Assembly: GCA_963796965.1 (NCBI GenBank)
Contig: CAWCNS010000011.1
Span: 608,001-672,000 of the forward strand
Reading direction: 5' to 3'
DNA length: 64,000 nucleotides
From: Calditrichia bacterium
GTDB taxonomy: Bacteria > Calditrichota > Calditrichia > JAJRVZ01
The notes under the pieces are model-generated. The model was not told where the DNA came from. It saw only the letters and a program-made list of their open reading frames with translations, and searched no databases. How positions within the stretch are numbered: the first letter of the stretch is position 1; every line of letters begins with the position of its first letter. Positions 22,791 through 33,364 of this stretch are shown one piece after another. The position numbers and the translations under genes are program-made.

Positions 22791-22801
22791 CTTAATTTCC
22801 C

Positions 22802-23536
22802 CTATTCGATCTCATTTGCACAAAACATTTTCATTCGTTTCATTGCTTCCTGGGTGGATAGATTGTGTCGTTTTAACATCTCAATGGCACCATTCTCATT
22901 CACATTGGATATCAATCCCCGACATCCAATACAATATTGGCCATTTGAAGGACAAATAGCCTCACACCCACCTCGTGTAATTGGTCCCAGGCAAAACATA
23001 CCTTTATCCAAAACACATTCATTTTCCTGTTGTTTACATTCCACGCATACAGAATAATCGATAATCTCAGGACTTCTACCCAAAGCAAGGGATTTAAAAA
23101 TATGAAGATATTCGGGAGTACTCATTGGACACCCGCGCACTTCATAGTCTACTTTTACAATGGCGCTCACAGGTTGTACAGGCATAGAGGGAAATAGATA
23201 TTTATCATCACCATAAACCGTTTCCTTTACCCATTCCGGCGGATGCAGATTTTTCATAGCATTAATACCACCCGAGGTAGCACACGAACCCAGGGCTACC
23301 AGGACCTTGCTCCGGCGGCGTATATCATGGATACGTTCGACACAAGTAGGCGTACTGATACTCCCTTCAATAAAGGCGATATCGTATTCTTCAGCCTTGT
23401 CATCCATTGCTTCGCGGAATTCAACAATTTCTACCAATTCAAGAATATCGAGCAAATCATTTTCAAAATTCAATTTATTTAATTGACAACCTTCACAACT
23501 TGTAAAATCAAAAAAGGCTACGCGTGGCTTACTCAT
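22802..23536 (-). CDS. hydD: group 3b hydrogenase small (delta) subunit
   Basis: TSCEGCQ, EGS, GSCA, GCP, VCVECK, CLGP, CIGCRG; ATG 23536 overlaps the gamma stop. Confidence 0.93.
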   Translation of the reverse strand: MSKPRVAFFDFTSCEGCQLNKLNFENDLLDILELVEIVEFREAMDDKAEEYDIAFIEGSISTPTCVERIHDIRRRSKVLVALGSCATSGGINAMKNLHPPEWVKETVYGDDKYLFPSMPVQPVSAIVKVDYEVRGCPMSTPEYLHIFKSLALGRSPEIIDYSVCVECKQQENECVLDKGMFCLGPITRGGCEAICPSNGQYCIGCRGLISNVNENGAIEMLKRHNLSTQEAMKRMKMFCANEIE

Positions 23537-24373
23537 ATCGCTTCCTCCAACTCTTTCACATGCGGATAATGATAGACCGGGCCGTCTTGACAAACATAGG
23601 TGTCATTGATTTGACAATGACCACATTTTCCCACACCACATTTCATACGCCGTTCTAACGATAAATAAATATTTTCATCTGCGATCCGTTTCGATTTCAA
23701 TGCCATAATAACAAACTTATACATAACCGGGGGTCCCACTACGGTAGCAATCGTATTCTCAATATCCAGATCAAGAGGTGGTATTAAGGTTGTAATCACA
23801 CCAACATTTCCTTTCCACTCCTCATCCGCTCGATCAACTGTCATATGGAATTCAATATCTTTACGGCTGCCCCATTCCTCAATATCAGATTTGAATAAAA
23901 TTTCTCTTGGGCTTTTTGTACCATATAAAATGACAACACGTCCAAATTCATCCCGTTTGTCTATCGTATAATCGATCAAGGATTTCAATGGCGCTAGTCC
24001 AATGCCACCACATACGAAAAGCATATCCTTTTTCAAGAAAGATTTAACATCAAATCCATTTCCAAAAGGCCCACGGATACCTAACTGGCACCCTGCGGTC
24101 AGCTGATGCATCTTATCCGTAAGCCGGCCGGCATTTCGCACTGTAAGTTCAAATCCTGGCGTCCTCGTTGGTGAAGAACAAATCGATATGGGTGCCTCGC
24201 CATATCCAAACAAGGAGACTTCTACAAACTGACCTGGTTTATGATCTAAGGCTTATGTTATCCGGAAGATGTATTTCGAATTTCTTTTCTAACGGGGTCA
24301 ATGTTTCAACTTTTTGTATTTCAGATATCAAAGGATTATACAAATTCTTTGATTCAACAGCTAATACTTCCAT
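23533..24373 (-). CDS. hydG: group 3b hydrogenase gamma subunit, FAD/NAD(P)-binding with [2Fe-2S] (frameshift near 24253)
   Basis: PGQF...GEAPISI, RGPFGNGF, GGIGLAP, ERRMKCGVGKCGHC..CQDGPV; span 841 = 3n+1. Confidence 0.92.
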
Positions 24374-24389
24374 CCTTAACTCCTCAAAT

Positions 24390-25460
24390 CTATACGACTT
24401 GTTTTTGCTGTTGATCGGTATAATCAACAATCAGATCATTAATAATCTCTACGATACTAATATCAGCTGGACAATATCTGGAGCATCTGCCACAGCCTAC
24501 ACAATGCAGTTCCGCAGAGTGGTCAGTAATATATTTGAATTTTCGATACAGACGATGTCGGGTGCGTTGATCGAGTTTATCTCTAAAATTTTCGCCGCCG
24601 GCGACTTCGGCAAAATCATTGAGCATACAGCCATCCCAAAATCGACTGCGGGTCCCATTGACAAGATCTAATTCAACCTCATCCCGAACATCAAAGCAGT
24701 AGCACGTTGGACAAAGTAGATTGCAGGTGCCACATCCGACACATTTCTCAGCAACCTTCTCCCATACTTTCGATTTATATACATGTTCAAAAACCTGAGG
24801 CAAACGATTATAATGGTATTTCAGTTTTGTTTTAAAAGACTTCTCAGTAACCTCAAAATCCAATGGTGTATCAACCAGAGTTCCATCGCTAAATTCAGAA
24901 AGCAGTTCCCGGCCGGTTTCATTCACTTCAAAAACAAGATGGCCATTCTCTACAGGTTCAAAGAATAGACTAAATCCATCTAATTTTTCAATTTCAATTC
25001 CAACCGATTTAGAGAAATGCCACTTATCCGGCTGAAATGAGATACCAATAAAACAAGATTTTTTTCTTTTATCAAAATAGTTTGATTCGGCATTTCCCCT
25101 TGCAAAACTAAAATCCAATCGTTTTATACTTTCCAATTCATAGGCATGTATACCAAAGAAAATGCGCTCTTTTACTTCACTACTCGTTTCTTCAAATGAA
25201 TTATTTCCCAAATCAAAAGTCAACAAAGTTTCTCTTGCTGGAAGAAAGTATTTCTTTAAAGGTTGGATAGTCCGCGGATAGTCTAAAACAACATCATTAA
25301 CATCGCTGACCTCATCAAAAATATAAGAAGCATCACCTTTTTTATGGGGCGCGATTAGGGTTGCTTTACTTTTAAGATATTCGATGAATTTTTTCGTCGT
25401 CTCTTTGTCAAAGAAATATCGTTTCATCTGCTCAAGGTTTTTAATGTTTTCATTTGCCAT
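24390..25460 (-). CDS. hydB: group 3b hydrogenase beta subunit (4Fe-4S dicluster)
   Basis: CVGCGTCNLLCPTCYC, WDGC, CVGCGRCSRYCP; GGAG RBS before ATG 25460. Confidence 0.92.
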   Translation of the reverse strand: MANENIKNLEQMKRYFFDKETTKKFIEYLKSKATLIAPHKKGDASYIFDEVSDVNDVVLDYPRTIQPLKKYFLPARETLLTFDLGNNSFEETSSEVKERIFFGIHAYELESIKRLDFSFARGNAESNYFDKRKKSCFIGISFQPDKWHFSKSVGIEIEKLDGFSLFFEPVENGHLVFEVNETGRELLSEFSDGTLVDTPLDFEVTEKSFKTKLKYHYNRLPQVFEHVYKSKVWEKVAEKCVGCGTCNLLCPTCYCFDVRDEVELDLVNGTRSRFWDGCMLNDFAEVAGGENFRDKLDQRTRHRLYRKFKYITDHSAELHCVGCGRCSRYCPADISIVEIINDLIVDYTDQQQKQVV

Positions 25461-25504
25461 GCTTGTCTCCATTTTCACAAATCAAGATCGGTTAAGTCCT
25501 TTTC

Positions 25505-25520
25505 TTCAATAAGTGTGCCA
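25505..25520 (-). promoter_or_regulatory. sigma54 (-24/-12) promoter of the hydrogenase operon
   Basis: TGGCACACTTATTGAA vs consensus TGGCAC-N5-TTGC, 45 nt upstream of the ATG; IHF-like TAACAATAGGTTA at 25539-25551. Confidence 0.65.
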
Positions 25521-25731
25521 CAAAATCAGACAATAGATTAACCTATTGTTACTACGTAATTTACAGGCTATACGGATGAGAAATATAGAAAAGAATAATG
25601 GAAAACATGTGATTTTTTTCCCATTATCAGTAATCCTTTTTTTTATTTTTTCTAATTTTGGGAAAGAGGGATAAACAGAACGTTTATCCCGGTAAATGGA
25701 TTATAGATAAGCCGATAATGGGGATGGGGAT

Positions 25732-27001
25732 TTAAAAAACCAGTTTTATATTTGCTGCCGTCGAGATTCCTGTTGCATCAGTGTACCAGAGTGCTTTATG
25801 AGTCGAATAGGCCAGGTCAAGATGAAAGGGACCGAAATGAAGGCCTAATCCCAGGGCCATTCGATATTCCCAAACCCCTCCGAAACTCATACCGGCACGT
25901 AAAGGCAAAAAATCAATGGGTGCGTATTGAACTCCTATCGAAAGCTGGGCCCGATCTGTATATCCCATTTTTTCCTCAAATGCCTGTTCCAGGTCGAGGG
26001 CAAATACAAGATTTTCATGTAGCTGGTAGCCTACTCCGATATGAAAAACAATAGGTAAGGTCGTTGTATACGGATCGATTGATCGGGTGATCGTCGTATC
26101 AAGGGTGTTACCTTCTTCAAATTCACCAATCTTAATCGAGTCCGAGATAACGTAGGTTCTGCTTTCTTCTAAATCCTGTTTCCATTTGATACCTGCCAAT
26201 ACATTGTAAAAGGCCATAGAAACAGTCCATTGATTGTTTATTTTTCCTGTTGCCCCAAGGTCAAAACCTATGCCATCTCCATTTCCTCCGCTGCGGGAGG
26301 TAACATCAAGTGAAGCTAAAATTGCATTATTTGTAGTAATAACGGAACCATCAGCCTGGGTAATTTCACCCTGGACAATTCCCTTATAATAATTGAAATT
26401 CAACCCGACGGCAAATTCTTCAAAATACTTTTTTATAAGGATCGGATGCGAAAGTGATAAACTGAACTTTACCGCTGTAAATCCTTCACCATCAAGATCA
26501 GCAAAACTAAATTCCTTATACAATTCCTGATTCCCCCGCATTCCCAGCTCAAATATGGACTTAGGTATTATACCTAATGCCTTCCCAATTCCCTGAACCG
26601 AAATTCCATAACGACCAAACATTAATCCCAGAGCATTTCCCTTTGCCTCTGCCGAAACTTGTAATCCCTCATCCGGAATCAGAGCTGAGGATATGATCTA
26701 TATCCTGTTTATCCCAGTACCCATTATGACCCGATTCTGTGAAATATCTATTATACTCATTAATCGATAAGGTGGAATTGGTACTATTAATCTTGACACC
26801 GACCAGGTTTATTTCAAATTTACTGTCATGACTCAGGGATAAATTGGCAGGATTCCAGCTAAAGGCATCCACGCCGCGTGCTAATGCAATATAAGCACCA
26901 CCCATGGAAAGTCCCGAAGCCCCAAATCCCTGGGCAAAGAGTGGTAAATTCATACCCATCACCCAAAATATAACAAGCATTAATACAATCGTTTTTTTCA
27001 T
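25732..27001 (-). CDS. outer-membrane beta-barrel, FadL/PorV-like (DUF5723-like) (frameshift near 26685)
   Basis: Signal peptide; SMGGAY.ALARG.DA..WNPANL; alternating beta strands; terminal Phe; span 1270 = 3n+1. Confidence 0.75.
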
Positions 27002-27012
27002 ATCTATTCTTT

Positions 27013-29061
27013 CTATTCTTCTTTATTCATTAAAAAATCGAATTTAAAATTCCCAAAAGTTGTTATTTTATCTTTCAATCTGAATTTTACCAATCCGCTT
27101 GTTTCATTCAGAACAACTTTTGTTCCAATATAAACTGTTTCATTTTGGGAGAAGATTTGTAATTGTGTCTCCGTTAATTCAATTTGAACATCATTTTCAG
27201 TCTCATCTTCAACATAGCCATTAATATCAACCTGTGCTGCTGGAACAGTAATATCCGAAATAATAAACTTTGTTGTAGAATCGGCTACCTGATCAACAAA
27301 TAAATCGGTTGAATCATTGGCAACATAAATGGAAGCAGAAGAGCCTACGGGAAGTCCGTTGATTACCTGAAAATAAACAGCTGCATTTTTTATATTATTT
27401 TCAATTTTATCCCTGACATCTTCATCCAATTTCTCTTCCGTTATCTCAGACTCTAGATAGGATTTCTCTGCAATTCGCAGAAAGAGAGGTGAATAGATCT
27501 GATAGTCAGCACGCACAGTCTGTCCAACCTCAACTGAGCCTTCACCATCAACAATTGCTGTCGCATCTAAACGTATACTCTTGGGCAGGATTGCCATCAG
27601 ATCGACAATATTTGGATGCGGATCATTGCCACTCAATTTTACATGGGTGATATCAAAGCCACTCGCTTCAATTTGAATCGGTGTTAGATTTACCTGTTCC
27701 AGGCCATCACTCCCGCTAATATTCAATGTTATAAATACAGGGATCCCCGTTCCGTTAGAGACATCAAGTGTCATTTCAAGACTATCCAGAAAAATGGTTC
27801 CTTCAATTTGTGACAAGTCTTCAAGATCATCTTTAATAACCGGATCAATTTCAATTTCTACCTCGTTAACCTGACCATCTATCCTGCTGAAAAAGATAGA
27901 ATCCGGATATACTTCAACCGATACCGAATCATTTTCCGATAATATTGTATACTCATCCGTGGTATCGGTTTCCACCAAAACCTCATATTTCAGATAATCA
28001 ATTAATTCACCTGAATTTCTATCGGGATAATCTGCGATCAGATAATCGTCCAGTTCAATGGACCGGTTCGTAGTTTCTTTTGCTGATAATATGAGGTTAT
28101 CCGTTAAAACCTCTCCTGACTCGTTTGTAAAATTTAGCATTCTGACCAAAATTTTTGCCGTCGCATCTAACTGGTTATGGATGACCAGATCCATTTTGCC
28201 ATAATCGATAACCGCAGTACGGATACGGTGCTCTTCATCCATCACGGAAGTGGAATCACGTACATCCATGTATTGCGGTGGAAATATGGCTTCGGCACTG
28301 GTAACGGTAAGATCAATTAATGTGCCATTCACCCAGACACTATCATCCAGGTCCTCATCAGCAATCACTTTGTTTACGGCATCGATGGGCATATGAATTC
28401 TTAGAAGAAAACGAGTATGAATCTTTTTTCCACTCAAGTCCATATCGGGGGAGGCAATGCCCTTACTCATTGCAGCGATTGAATTAGGAAAAGTTGTCGT
28501 GCCGATCAAAACATCCGTGGAATCATCATAGATATCTATTTGCATACCGCTTTGAATATTAAGAAAAGTGTTATTTTCAAACTCAAGTTGAAAAGTACCA
28601 TTCTTAATTTCTGCCCATCCAACATCAATATAAAGAAGGTAAACCAGATCCACATCCAATGATGTAGCCGGTAGTATTAAGGGTACGCCGACTGTAGGCG
28701 TGACACCTAGCAAACTACCTATGGGAATTGCATTGGAACTTACCGGCCCCAGCGTACCCAACGATAGTTCATCAAGGGTTGCCCCTGCCTGATCACCATC
28801 GGGTTTAATGGAGAGGTCCGAACTTGATACGGTTCTTTCTTCTGTGGAATCCTTTACCGATATGGCCACCACCGTCTCTCCTGATAAAGTTGTATCCGCT
28901 ACAAAATTGGGTTCTTCTAATACTTCATTCATTGAATAACTTGATTCAAAGGGGACGCGCCACTGGGCAAGCCAGGTTGGTAAAGCAGGTTCTTCTAACG
29001 AGCAAGAAACAAATACCACCAGAGATAAAAATATTCCCCATTTTCTTATAATTTTATTCAT
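27013..29061 (-). CDS. large acidic beta-rich lipoprotein of unknown function
   Basis: 682 aa; lipobox FVS-C; rich in D/E/T/V/I. Confidence 0.75.
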   Translation of the reverse strand: MNKIIRKWGIFLSLVVFVSCSLEEPALPTWLAQWRVPFESSYSMNEVLEEPNFVADTTLSGETVVAISVKDSTEERTVSSSDLSIKPDGDQAGATLDELSLGTLGPVSSNAIPIGSLLGVTPTVGVPLILPATSLDVDLVYLLYIDVGWAEIKNGTFQLEFENNTFLNIQSGMQIDIYDDSTDVLIGTTTFPNSIAAMSKGIASPDMDLSGKKIHTRFLLRIHMPIDAVNKVIADEDLDDSVWVNGTLIDLTVTSAEAIFPPQYMDVRDSTSVMDEEHRIRTAVIDYGKMDLVIHNQLDATAKILVRMLNFTNESGEVLTDNLILSAKETTNRSIELDDYLIADYPDRNSGELIDYLKYEVLVETDTTDEYTILSENDSVSVEVYPDSIFFSRIDGQVNEVEIEIDPVIKDDLEDLSQIEGTIFLDSLEMTLDVSNGTGIPVFITLNISGSDGLEQVNLTPIQIEASGFDITHVKLSGNDPHPNIVDLMAILPKSIRLDATAIVDGEGSVEVGQTVRADYQIYSPLFLRIAEKSYLESEITEEKLDEDVRDKIENNIKNAAVYFQVINGLPVGSSASIYVANDSTDLFVDQVADSTTKFIISDITVPAAQVDINGYVEDETENDVQIELTETQLQIFSQNETVYIGTKVVLNETSGLVKFRLKDKITTFGNFKFDFLMNKEE

Positions 29062-29116
29062 ATTTTACCATCTTTCATATTACACATTTCAATTTTATTT
29101 CATTAAAGATTGTCGG

Positions 29117-29124
29117 CAAATATA
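29117..29124 (-). promoter_or_regulatory. FCB-type -7 promoter element (TATATTTG)
   Basis: TAnnTTTG about 55 nt upstream of the lipoprotein start. Confidence 0.5.
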
Positions 29125-29568
29125 CTACTTTCATTAATAATAATAATACTTATAAAGAGGAATGATGCGATTTGTCACACAATTCGGATGATACAGATCA
29201 CAATTAGGTCATACCACCCCGAACTTGTTCCTGTATACCCAAAAAACATGATAAAGTTCAGGCGTTTATCCCGTAATTAATCAGTTTTTTTGTTTAGGTT
29301 TCAAATTGGTGATTTTCATCAGAGAGAATTTTAGGAGAGAAAATATTTTGTGGAATTGTTAGTATTTGTTGGTTGAGGTATTAAATATTGAATGTCCAAA
29401 ACCAAAGGTCAAATAAAGTCCGAATGACTCAATTTCAAAAAATGCTTATTAAATTTGAATGGGATAATTGTATGACCTTGAGATTTTGGCATTTGAAATT
29501 ATCCGGGCAGGAATCCCTGCACAAGATGACTTTTAAGGATAAGTGAAACTTAAGTGATTCCTGGATAT

Positions 29569-31006
29569 TTATTTTAACCGATGATCCAAACCAAACTCAT
29601 ATCCCTTATCAACTGCCTTTCTGTTAATATCCATAAACCGTTTATGCTTGATAGCAGATTTTAATGATTCGTAGATGGTATCCTTACCCATCAATCCGGT
29701 ATAACCCATATAAACACCGAACACGATCATATTCGCAATTCGGGTATTACCCAACTCATCGGCCATTTTTGTTGCCGGAACTGAAAGAACCTCAACATCA
29801 TCTCTGGTTGGCTCAATATCGATCAAGGAAGAGTCATAAATAATCAATCCATTTTTCACAACATCTTCTTCAAATTTTTCTAAAGAAGGACGGTTCATGG
29901 CAATTAAAACGCTCGGATTGCTTACCATGGGTGATCCAACATCTATATCTCTGATATTTACATGACAGTTTGCTGTGCCCCCTCTCATCTCAGGGCCATA
30001 CGATGGCAACCATGATACATGGAAGTTTTCAATCATTCCGGCCTGTGCCATTGCTGCACCGAGTAGAAGGATACCTTGTCCACCAAAACCAGCAATTTTT
30101 ATTTCGGGATTTTTATATCTTTCCTCGGTAACACTTTTAACAGGTTCAAAATCAATTTCATTTCTCAGATTTAATAATGTATTGATCTCTTCAGCAGATG
30201 GATTAAGGATTTCAGGTTTATAAGTTTCGATATCCTTTGTCTGATCCCTGAATACCCCCAGAGGAAACTCCTCCACCATGGTCTCTTCCATCCAGCGCAT
30301 TGAATCCACAGGGTCCATCTTCCAGCCTGATGGACAGGTTGAGAGTATCTCAACTAATGAAAATCCCAGACCATCCACCTGACATTTAAGCGCCTTCCTA
30401 ATGGCCATACGTGCTTTGGCGCGCCGATTATTGTCATATAAGGCCACACGTTCCACATAAACAGGTGCATGTAATTGGCTAATCAATTCTGCGACTTTTA
30501 TGGGATACCCTTCATTGGATGGTTCTCTGCCTCGAGGAGAAGTCGTTGTTCTCTGTCCGACCAATGTTGTCGGTGCCATTTGTCCTCCTGTCATACCATA
30601 AATCGCATTATTGACAAAAAAGACAGTGATGTGTTCACCCCGGTTTGCAGCATGAAGGATTTCGGCTGTACCAATAGCAGCTAAATCTCCATCCCCCTGA
30701 TAACTAATGACAACACTATGGGGATGTGCCCGTTTAATGCCCGTGGCCACCGCTGGTGCTCTTCCATGTGCAGCCTGAATATTTCCAGTGTCAAAATAAT
30801 AATAAGCAAACACACTACATCCAACCGGACTGACAAAGATTGTTTTGTCTGCAACTTCAAAGTCTTCTAATGCCTCAGCAATCATTTTATGAACATGACC
30901 ATGCCCACAGCCTGGACAATAATGGGGCATTTTTTTATCCGCACTTGGATTTCTTGTATATATATCATAAAAGTCTACTTGATTTGCGTAAAATCTTAGT
31001 CGCCAT
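29569..31006 (-). CDS. 2-oxoacid:ferredoxin oxidoreductase fused beta+gamma subunit (frameshift near 30980)
   Basis: HYCPGCGH, PVGC, HGR, TPP motif GDGD...NN.IYGMTGGQ, then gamma AGFGGQG, PSYGPEMRGG; span 1438 = 3n+1. Confidence 0.92.
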
Positions 31007-31023
31007 AATTGATTCCCTCAGTT

Positions 31024-32073
31024 TTATTCAGATAAGTTTTTAATAGCTTGCTCCAGAACCTCCGCCGTAGTAGGGACCACACCACCCATACGATTGTAAA
31101 AATCGATAGTTGTTTTTCCCTGGGCAGCTAGCTGGACATCTTCCAGCATTTGACCATTGCTCAATTCAACAACAAAAAGCCGGCATTCTTTTTCAGCTAA
31201 GGCCAAGATCTCTTTTTTGGGAAATGGAAATAAAGTTATCGGTCGCAACATACCCGCCTTAATGCCTTGCTCTCGTAATTTTTCTACAGCAGTTTTTAAA
31301 ATACGGGAAACAATTCCATATCCAATAAGGACATATTCAGCATCTTCCAGCATGAACTCTTCCAGCAATAACTCATTCTCTTCAATTATTTTATATTTAT
31401 CCTGCAATTTTTGATTATGCCGTTCTAATTCCAGGGGGTCAAGATAAATGCTGGAAATAAGATTATGCTTGCTTTCTTTATCAGCATAAAGAGCCCAGTC
31501 TTTGCGTGGTAGATCCATAACAGGCTCCGGGAATTCAACCGGCTCCATCATCTGACCGATGTATCCATCAGCAACGACATAAACAGGTGTTAAATATTTA
31601 TCGGCCAGATCAAATGCTAACATGGTTAGTGAACACATTTCCTGTGCTCCGTTTGGGGCCAGCACAGGACATTTATAATTTCCATGCCCCCCCCCTTTTA
31701 CAACTTGATTATAATCACCCTGTTCCGGAGCAATATTACCTAGACCGGGTCCACCACGCATGATATTTACTATCACACAGGGAAGTTCCGCCCCGGCCGC
31801 ATAAGATATCCCCTCCTGTTTGAGGCTTATACCGGGACTGGATGAAGCCGTCATAGATCTTAAACCTCCACCGGCAGCACCATAAACCATATTTATGGCA
31901 GCAATTTCGCTCTCGGCCTGTAAAAATGTACCCCCTATTTTTGGAAAATAATTGGCAGCTCCCTCCGCAATTTCACTTGCCGGTGTAATAGGATATCCAA
32001 AATATAGCCGGCATCCTGCCAATAAGGCCCCCCTTACAATTGCCTCATTTCCCTTCATCAGATATTTGGGCAT
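31024..32073 (-). CDS. vorB: 2-oxoacid:ferredoxin oxidoreductase alpha subunit (VorB-like)
   Basis: [33 protein letters not shown]. Confidence 0.9.
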   Translation of the reverse strand: MPKYLMKGNEAIVRGALLAGCRLYFGYPITPASEIAEGAANYFPKIGGTFLQAESEIAAINMVYGAAGGGLRSMTASSSPGISLKQEGISYAAGAELPCVIVNIMRGGPGLGNIAPEQGDYNQVVKGGGHGNYKCPVLAPNGAQEMCSLTMLAFDLADKYLTPVYVVADGYIGQMMEPVEFPEPVMDLPRKDWALYADKESKHNLISSIYLDPLELERHNQKLQDKYKIIEENELLLEEFMLEDAEYVLIGYGIVSRILKTAVEKLREQGIKAGMLRPITLFPFPKKEILALAEKECRLFVVELSNGQMLEDVQLAAQGKTTIDFYNRMGGVVPTTAEVLEQAIKNLSE

Positions 32074-32324
32074 CAGGTTACCTCCTCTATTTCAGCACCT
32101 TTTTTATAGACAACAATGGCTTCAGGTTCCGGGCAGGCATAAAAACAAACACCACAGCCAGTACAACCATCGCCGAGATAATAGGCATAGTGATAACCCT
32201 TTGTATTGAATTTTTCGTGATATTTTAATACATCTGGTGGGCAGGCATCGAGACAGAGTCCACACCCTTTACACAATTCAGGTTCAATCGTAACGGTAGG
32301 TTTATCCAGCACTTTCACACCCAT
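32073..32324 (-). CDS. 2x[4Fe-4S] ferredoxin, delta subunit of the oxidoreductase
   Basis: [12 protein letters not shown] and [20 protein letters not shown] before ATG 32324. Confidence 0.92.
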   Translation of the reverse strand: MGVKVLDKPTVTIEPELCKGCGLCLDACPPDVLKYHEKFNTKGYHYAYYLGDGCTGCGVCFYACPEPEAIVVYKKGAEIEEVT

Positions 32325-32372
32325 AATACCATCCTTTATTTTATGAATGTTAATATGTGATAAATTTGAATG

Positions 32373-32388
32373 GACAATATTCATGCCA
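32373..32388 (-). promoter_or_regulatory. sigma54 (-24/-12) promoter of the oxidoreductase operon
   Basis: TGGCATGAATATTGTC, about 49 nt upstream of ATG 32324; IHF-like AATTAAAGAGTTA at 32438-32450. Confidence 0.6.
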
Positions 32389-32546
32389 TGAATTTATCAA
32401 TAGAAACGTATCCAAGTCCCTCCTGTAGGTTTAGAATAATTAAAGAGTTATAATATTATCAGATTTACCCTTTTTTGAACATTTTATCGCTTCACTTCTT
32501 AAAAGTAAAATTGATTTATCCCATTTTATCAATTATTGGAAAAATT

Positions 32547-33119
32547 CTATTCTAATGCCTGTTCCTCTGAGGATCTATTTGTCCAGAGAATATCATCGCA
32601 TCCTGATTCTTTATTCAAATACCTGGCAAAGACAAAAAGAAAATCTGACAAGCGATTGATATAGACCAGGATATTTTGATCTATTTCCTCCAACTTAGCA
32701 AAACCCACCAGACGACGCTCCAGGCGACGACATACGGTGCGGGCTATATGGACAACAGCCGACGCCTCACTCCCCCCAGGCAAAATAAAGTTTTTTAACG
32801 GAGCTAAATTACTCTCCAGATCATCAATATTATTCTCTATCTTTTTAATGTTATCCCCAGTAATCAATATTCCCTTTATTTTTTTCTCCTTCTCGCGCGG
32901 TGTGGCCAATTCTGTCGATATTCTAAAAATATCATCTTGGATATCTTGCAATAAATTCACCCATTCATCCTTTTCAAGATGGGATATGATTAGACCCAGA
33001 TGACTATTTAGTTCATCGGCAGCGCCATAAGCCTCAACACGAAGATCATCTTTATCTACAACCTGGCCTCCAAAAAGCTGTGTCCTTCCGGAATCTCCAA
33101 ACCCGGTGTATATCTTCAA
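32547..33119 (-). CDS. pduO: PduO-type cob(I)alamin adenosyltransferase
   Basis: KIYTGFGDSG.T, EAYG..DELNS, FILPGG, RTVCRR.ER, NRLSD; TTG start behind GGAGG. Confidence 0.93.
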   Translation of the reverse strand: MKIYTGFGDSGRTQLFGGQVVDKDDLRVEAYGAADELNSHLGLIISHLEKDEWVNLLQDIQDDIFRISTELATPREKEKKIKGILITGDNIKKIENNIDDLESNLAPLKNFILPGGSEASAVVHIARTVCRRLERRLVGFAKLEEIDQNILVYINRLSDFLFVFARYLNKESGCDDILWTNRSSEEQALE

Positions 33120-33254
33120 TTCCAGAACCTCCACATAAAGAAAGAAGGCCCATTTCTGGACCTGTTTTACATATAAAATACGATTCGCTGTATTGTTTGG
33201 TGAGTGAATAACATAGCTTTTAATATAGGATAGTTGATCGTGAAATCCAAGAAA

Positions 33255-33354
33255 AGAAAAAAGAGAGCGTTGATAAAAGTGAGGGTTTTTGGGAGGCTTT
33301 TCACTTTTATAAGGAGGTTATGGGGGTAAATTATCAACACTCTCATAGGATTGC
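33255..33354 (-). ncRNA. candidate sigma54-dependent small RNA (~100 nt) with two C-rich anti-SD loops
   Basis: Promoter at 33365-33380; outer stem GAGAGUGUUG/CAACGCUCUC; inner stem AUAAAAGUGA/UCACUUUUAU; U-tract directly after the stem; no credible ORF. Confidence 0.6.
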
Positions 33355-33364
33355 TTTTACATAC

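Noticed and set aside
21486..25460. Selenocysteine ([NiFeSe]) hydrogenase
   Set aside because: Both L1 and L2 motifs are all-Cys and there is no in-frame TGA; the hydG break is a frameshift
29165..29205. CRP/Rex-like sites (TCACA half-sites; also TTGTGAA near 16824)
   Set aside because: Only half-sites or wrong spacing in AT-rich DNA
32325..32384. N-terminal extension of the ferredoxin in the ORF track
   Set aside because: It overlaps the predicted promoter; the RBS supports ATG 32324
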